Assembly: GCA_002269645.1 (NCBI GenBank)
Contig: NIVC01002563.1
Coordinates: forward strand, 3,341-67,340
Direction: 5' to 3'
DNA length: 64,000 nucleotides
Source: Macrostomum lignano
Taxonomy: Eukaryota
Shown: positions 40,124 to 64,000 of the stretch, piece by piece
How positions within the stretch are numbered: position 1 is the first letter of the stretch
Layout: every line of letters starts with the position of its first letter
Program-made: the position numbers and the translations under genes
The notes under the pieces: generated by a model
Told to the model about the DNA's origin: nothing
The model's database searches: none
What the model saw: only the letters and a program-made list of their open reading frames with translations

Positions 40124-43100
40124 CTAGCTAGCTAATGCGCCGCTTCTCCTAGTTGACAGGAGCGGTTCAATCAGGTAGCAGTCGGTGATGGTGCAGCAGC
40201 TGCAAGCCGAGTTTGCAATTTCCAGTCGAATGCTCGAGTCCCAGACGCCGTCCATTTTGTAAACCTCCACTGACCGCACCGTGGACCGGGTTTCGTCTGA
40301 CCAGCCTCCGATAGCGTAAATGCGATCGTGCAGTACGGCTGAGCAGAAGTTGCTCCTCTGGGTGAGCATCGGGGCAACCTCTGTCCAGACGTTTGTCTCA
40401 GGATCATAGCGCTCCACAGAGGCCAGTCGTTGGACGCCGTTGTTGCCACCCATAACAAAGATGCACCGTTGAAATGCACAAACCTGTTTAGGGGGAGAAT
40501 ACTTAATTGATCTGAGAAACAGCAAGGGCGTTTATAGACGACACCCTGTGCGTCAGGGTCTGGCTTCACACTGTGTGCGTCAGGGGCTGGCTTCACACTG
40601 TGTGCGTCAGGGGCTGGCTTCACACTGTGTGCGTCAGGGTCTGGCTTCACACTGTGTGCGTCAGGGTCTGGCTTCACACTGTGTGCGTCAGGGTCTGGCT
40701 TCACACTGTGTGCGTCAGGGTCTGGCTTCACACTGTGTGCGTCAGGGTCTGGCTTCACACTGAGTGCGTCAGGGTTCGAGGACATCGAACTATGTAAGCA
40801 TATCAACGTTTGCGTCAACTTGTCCGTCAGATACGAGTATTAGTCACTGCGTGACAAGCACAAGCGAGCAACAAGGCTACGTACTATGTAGTGTAAAATG
40901 AACTCACCGACAGCCCGGATCTTCCAGTAGACATTGGCACCAGCACCGTCCACTGGTTAGCGGTCGGGTCGTACTGCTCCGATGTGGCTAAGAATCTGGA
41001 GCCGCTGAACCCGCCGCAGATGTACACTAGCCCGTTCAAAGAGGTGGCGCCGGCATCGCTGCGTACATTGTGCATCGGAGCCAGCCGATGCCACCGATTG
41101 GCCACCGGGTCATAGGACTCGGTGCTGGCCAGCCGCTGCTGCCCGTTGTGGCCTCCCATTGCATACAGTCTCCCACGGCATCGACAGGCGCTCAAAAAGT
41201 TGCGCTGTTCGTGCATCGCTGCGCGCTCGCGCCAGACGCGCTGGCGTAGAGAATAGGCGCTGACCCGAGCTGTGGGGCCCTGCGCCTCAGTCTGCGCCTC
41301 GTCGTCCGATTTCGGTTGCACAAAGCCGCCAATGAGGTAGACAATGTTTTCCAGCTCGATGCAGGCCGAGTATGCGTGCCTGCGTGCATAAGCAGCGCTA
41401 CCGATCAGTAGTAAGATCGGGATATTTTAAAAACAACGTTTGAAATTTCATCAAACCTTCAGCTCATATCGCAACCCCTCGCCACTTGACTCAAACCTCT
41501 GCATTTCACGACTTCCCCTTCTAGAGCAGTAACTCTTCCGACTCTCGCTCCAAAGCCCCTCTGAGCTGATACTCAGCGAATGGCCCTATTATTGAGGTTC
41601 TAGCACAGAACTTAGCCAGAGCTCAGTCAAAATAAATACACGTATTTGAATATAGACTTTCAACACAAAGCCTCTATTGAGAATTAGGGAGGCAACAAAG
41701 AATGGAATAAAGCTTTTTGAAGAAACTTAATGTAGCTTCTGACCTCTTAGCCTTAGCATCTTAATAATTATACCCCCGTAAGCCTTGACATCTCACAATT
41801 CCCCCTGTCAGCCTTGACTATTGCTGCAAAATTGACTATTAACCAATAAAACCCAATCAGAAGTCACTTATTGAATGACTATCACCTGGTGTCCATGGCC
41901 GGCAGGTAGGTGTCGTGTCGCACCCAGCCGCAGCCGTTCGGGTCGAACACCTGCACAGACGTCGACGGCGCAATGGAGGGATCGTGAAGGCTGCCTTCCC
42001 AGCCGCCGCAGAGGAAAATCGCTTGGTGCGGCAGTCGCGGCAGCAGCAACTCCCAGATAATTGTCGGGTTGCTGGCCCTCATGGCCAGGTAGTGCAACCT
42101 GCTGGTTGCAGCGATGGTTGCCCAACTCAGAACCGAGTCGGTATCCGCAGAGGTGTTCCTGGCCAGGCGGTGCCCAGAGATTTTGGTCCGGTCGGACTCG
42201 GTCAGCCGGCCCAGCCTGATGAGGCTGAGCAGGCTAGGAAAATGTCTTAACCGGCGGTTCTCGTCGGCCTCCACCCAGTGGCAGACAATTTCGAATAACT
42301 GAAATTCATTTGGCGCGTTCAGGTAGTCGCTTTTTAGCAGCTGGCGCATCTGATCGTAAGTGGCGCAGCTAACGAACTGCGGCTGCTCGGCCGCTTCAAA
42401 AAAATGACACATGGCGTAGTCGAGAGCGATCTTCTCGAGCAGGCCGCAGCAGCACTCGGGATCCGACGCCGCCGACACCACCAGCCAGCAGCTTTGAAGC
42501 GTCAGGCCGCGCCGTGCCCCGCTCAAGATGGCATCCAGCAGTCGGGGCACGCCGAAAAATTTTGCGGACTTTAGGCGAGACTTTAACCGATCGGCGCTGC
42601 TGAACAGCTTCGCCAGATCGGCGTCAGGATCAGCCGACCGCACTGGCGAGGCGTCATTGGCGCGGGCCACCTGCAAGGCGATGTTTTGGTCAGCTACTCA
42701 GTTTGCAGGGAAGGGGCATTGGGCCCTGCCTCAAATCAAGGCGTTAGTCAAAACCAGAACAGTCATGCTCGTTTCGCTGGCCCCTGAGCACGTGTACTCG
42801 TACAGGAATGCACTCCTTAAGGTGGATAGTGGCTCTGACTTTCATCGGGGTTGGCCATCATGGGGCCCTCAAGAATTGCACAAGCTCTGGGCCAATTTTC
42901 GCGCATGATCGTCCCACAAAGTAACGCTGAATCGAAACCGGATTTTTTTTATTAGGGCGCCGGGCTGTGTGCTCCCTTGGCGCACTTGAAGCGACATTGT
43001 CACTCAACCGGAGCAGGCACACAAGCGTGCGGATACGTACGCAATCATACGCACCGGCACACACTCACACAGGAGTGTTTTTTGTTTAGAGGCAGGGGGT

Positions 43101-43781
43101 TGTGTGCACCCTGGCGCACTTTAAGCGACATAGGCACACAACCGGCGAGAGGCATTACTGCCCATTCCGCCGACTCCCCTGAGCAGGCATACAAGCGCGC
43201 GGATACGTACGCAGGCACACACTCACACAGGAGTGTACAGCGGCCCTAACTTTATTTTATCGTTAGGCATGTACACTTCACTGCGCTTTGGGGGGTTGGG
43301 CCTCAGGGGCGTTAGCTCGTAATTGCACGAGCAGAGCCAAGCCGAGATTCCAATTCAGCCCCAAATTAATGTAACTGCACTTGGAATCGAGCCTGGGCCG
43401 CTGGCACATCAGAGCGCCGCGCCAGACCACTGGGCTACGGCCCCATCAAATCCGGATACTTTGGCGTGGGAGTCAGAGTCAAACTTAATCGCTAAATCCC
43501 CCCCCCCCTACCTTGGCGATGTAGTCAAGGACGTCTTCGACTGCGTCGATATCGGGATAGTCCAGCCGAGTGACCCGGGACAGAGAGCCGTTCTGGGCCT
43601 CTGCGTGGGCCCGCTGAGCAGAGAATGCTTTGTAGAAATAGCTCGAGTTGCTGGCCAGAGCCGTGCTGTTCACCTGGAAGGCCCGCTCATTGTTTACTAC
43701 AACAGTCCAGTCGGCCAAGTGCTGGTCCTTGATGCTCCACGGAGTCGAGGGAGGCGGAATCAGCATGCCGCGGCCCTGCAT
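40124..43781 (-). CDS. KLHL10: Kelch gene C: kelch-like protein 10 homologue; exons 43781-43512, 42670-41886, 41379-40908, 40483-40124
   Basis: RLPHQAIFLCGGW, RSDAGATSLNGLVYICGGF, RSGLS|VCAF, RSNF and SACSCC match KLHL10 hallmark motifs as I recall them. All three introns are GT-AG with compatible phases (0, 2, 0). Confidence 0.8.
40546..40772. repeat. 27-bp minisatellite (GTGCGTCAGGGTCTGGCTTCACACTGT), about 8 copies, in Kelch C intron 3
   Basis: Direct reading. Confidence 0.95.
42973..43444 (-). mobile_element. tRNA-derived SINE (43444-~43108) with a partial tandem duplicate of its 3' part (~42973-43085), in Kelch C intron 1
   Basis: GGGGCCGTAGCCCAGTGG (A-box) ... GGCTCGATTCC (B-box); body shared with 58028-58375 (plus-strand GTGTACAGCGGCCCT, AGGCATGTACACT, CCCTGGCGCA). 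Confidence 0.7.
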
Positions 43782-44059
43782 ATCTTGAACTAATTAATTA
43801 CTACACCTTTCCACGCAAATGCTTCGTATACTTTGTCTGTATGGTTTCTGATATGACAATGTCTGTTGCATTGAGCAAGTTCACATATGAAGCGACATTA
43901 GCGATAAGCGTGTGACAATTGCGCGTTGCCTTTTATGTGGCCGTATGTCTCATAAGTTTATACCATAGACAAATTTTGCAAGGTTGATATAGCTATAGAT
44001 AAAGACGTTTTTCTTTTCAACAACAGAACACGTTGTCAGCCAGTCAAGCGAGTCATGAG

Positions 44060-44330
44060 AGGCAAGACATCGTCACAGTGCGCGTCTCAGGGCCTGGGCG
44101 CGAACCTAGGCCGCACCGACAGCAGTGTCCGGGGCACCGGCATCAGCTAGCAGGCAGTCGACGAAACGCCGAGCGCGCGCCCGTCCTCGCCGGTGGGGTA
44201 CCTGCCAGCAGCGTCAGCAGCAGCACCTTCTGCACCGATTGTGGACATGATTTGGACTGCCAGCCGGAGTCGCCGACGTCGCAGCAGTTCGCTGGGACGG
44301 GACAGGCCGGTGCGACGATAGTGCCGCATT
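44060..44330 (-). mobile_element. Degenerate RTE-like LINE ORF2 C-terminal fragment
   Basis: YRRTGLSRPSELLRRRRLRLA / CPQSVQKVLLLTL / FVDCLLADAGAPDT across frameshifts. Confidence 0.6.
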
Positions 44331-44879
44331 GGTGCCTCGCTCGTAGCCGATCTTAAATACGATCGCAAGAACTACCAATGGGTTTAGTGACAATGCAGTT
44401 CAGCCGAATGCGTTTGCTTTGCTGTTGCTGTTTTATTGCATGACCCTTTTACTCCTTTTTACTGTAAACATTACTATGTTTTTGGTTGTACACGCATGCT
44501 ACAAATCTTTACTCACCCCAGCCAGCATTTAGTATGCGCAAGAAGCATCGCAGGGCTCAAATAATTAATTGATGGCGATTCAACTCTCGGGAAGAACTAC
44601 AAAATTAAATGGTGCATCAAACAACGAGGACTTAGCGGAGTGAACTGCAGTGCCAGTTCAGTTGTTTAAAATTCAGAGCCTTAGACACGGACCTAAAAAG
44701 GAGATGAAAGCATCCTGGGAGTTGGAAGTCGAATGAGACTCGCTGAGTCATCGGTTGCTACACTAGTTCAGATCAACAAAGGAGGCCAGAGGTAACTGGG
44801 AAACATCATTTTCAGTGCGGGCGCAGAGTTTCCCATTGTCCCATGCAGCCTCTGCCAGTCTCCATAGATAGAAACGGGA

Positions 44880-44914
<35 letters not shown>

Positions 44915-45097
44915 CTGTTCAATAATTAACTGAGTCTTCTAGCTGAGCATTCGTTAATAATAAATTAGCGCAGATCGGCAAACGGCTTCAGACCATAAAG
45001 ATAGCGGAACCCGCTCTGCATCCATGAAATGCGGTTTAAACAAGCTCAGTTTTCGATCGCCCAGGTAAGCTCATAGCCCATCAAGAACTCTGAGACT

Positions 45098-64000
<18,903 letters not shown>

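Noticed and set aside
44147-44368. First coding exon of Kelch C
   Set aside because: The translation matches the RTE-like LINE C-terminus also seen at ~39.1 kb.

Overview
Eukaryotic (invertebrate) genomic DNA with spliceosomal GT-AG introns and many minisatellites; a flatworm such as Macrostomum is a plausible source (inference from the receptor type and repeat landscape, not proven). Left half (1-29 kb): an orphan class A GPCR (minus strand, runs off the window start), at least 12 tandem-repeat arrays including a 10.8-kb 26-bp satellite, and a 1.9-kb internally deleted Ty3/Gypsy (Mag-like) LTR element that keeps only a gag stub and an integrase ORF. Middle (27-44 kb): three tandem minus-strand KLHL10-like BTB-BACK-Kelch genes. 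Two of them share an ~97% identical BTB-BACK block but have strongly diverged Kelch propellers. A non-autonomous P-superfamily (THAP) transposon and LINE/SINE fragments lie between them. Right (45 kb to the end): a 21+-exon usherin (USH2A) orthologue with full canonical architecture, truncated by the window end. The frameshifts in the GPCR and usherin are apparent single-base losses, mostly in short homopolymers, and probably assembly errors. Top leads: the gene-converted, variable-propeller Kelch cluster; the integrase-only LTR element with a 21-bp inverted templated filler at its deletion junction; the intron-containing THAP/P element; and an RRKR furin-type site in usherin.
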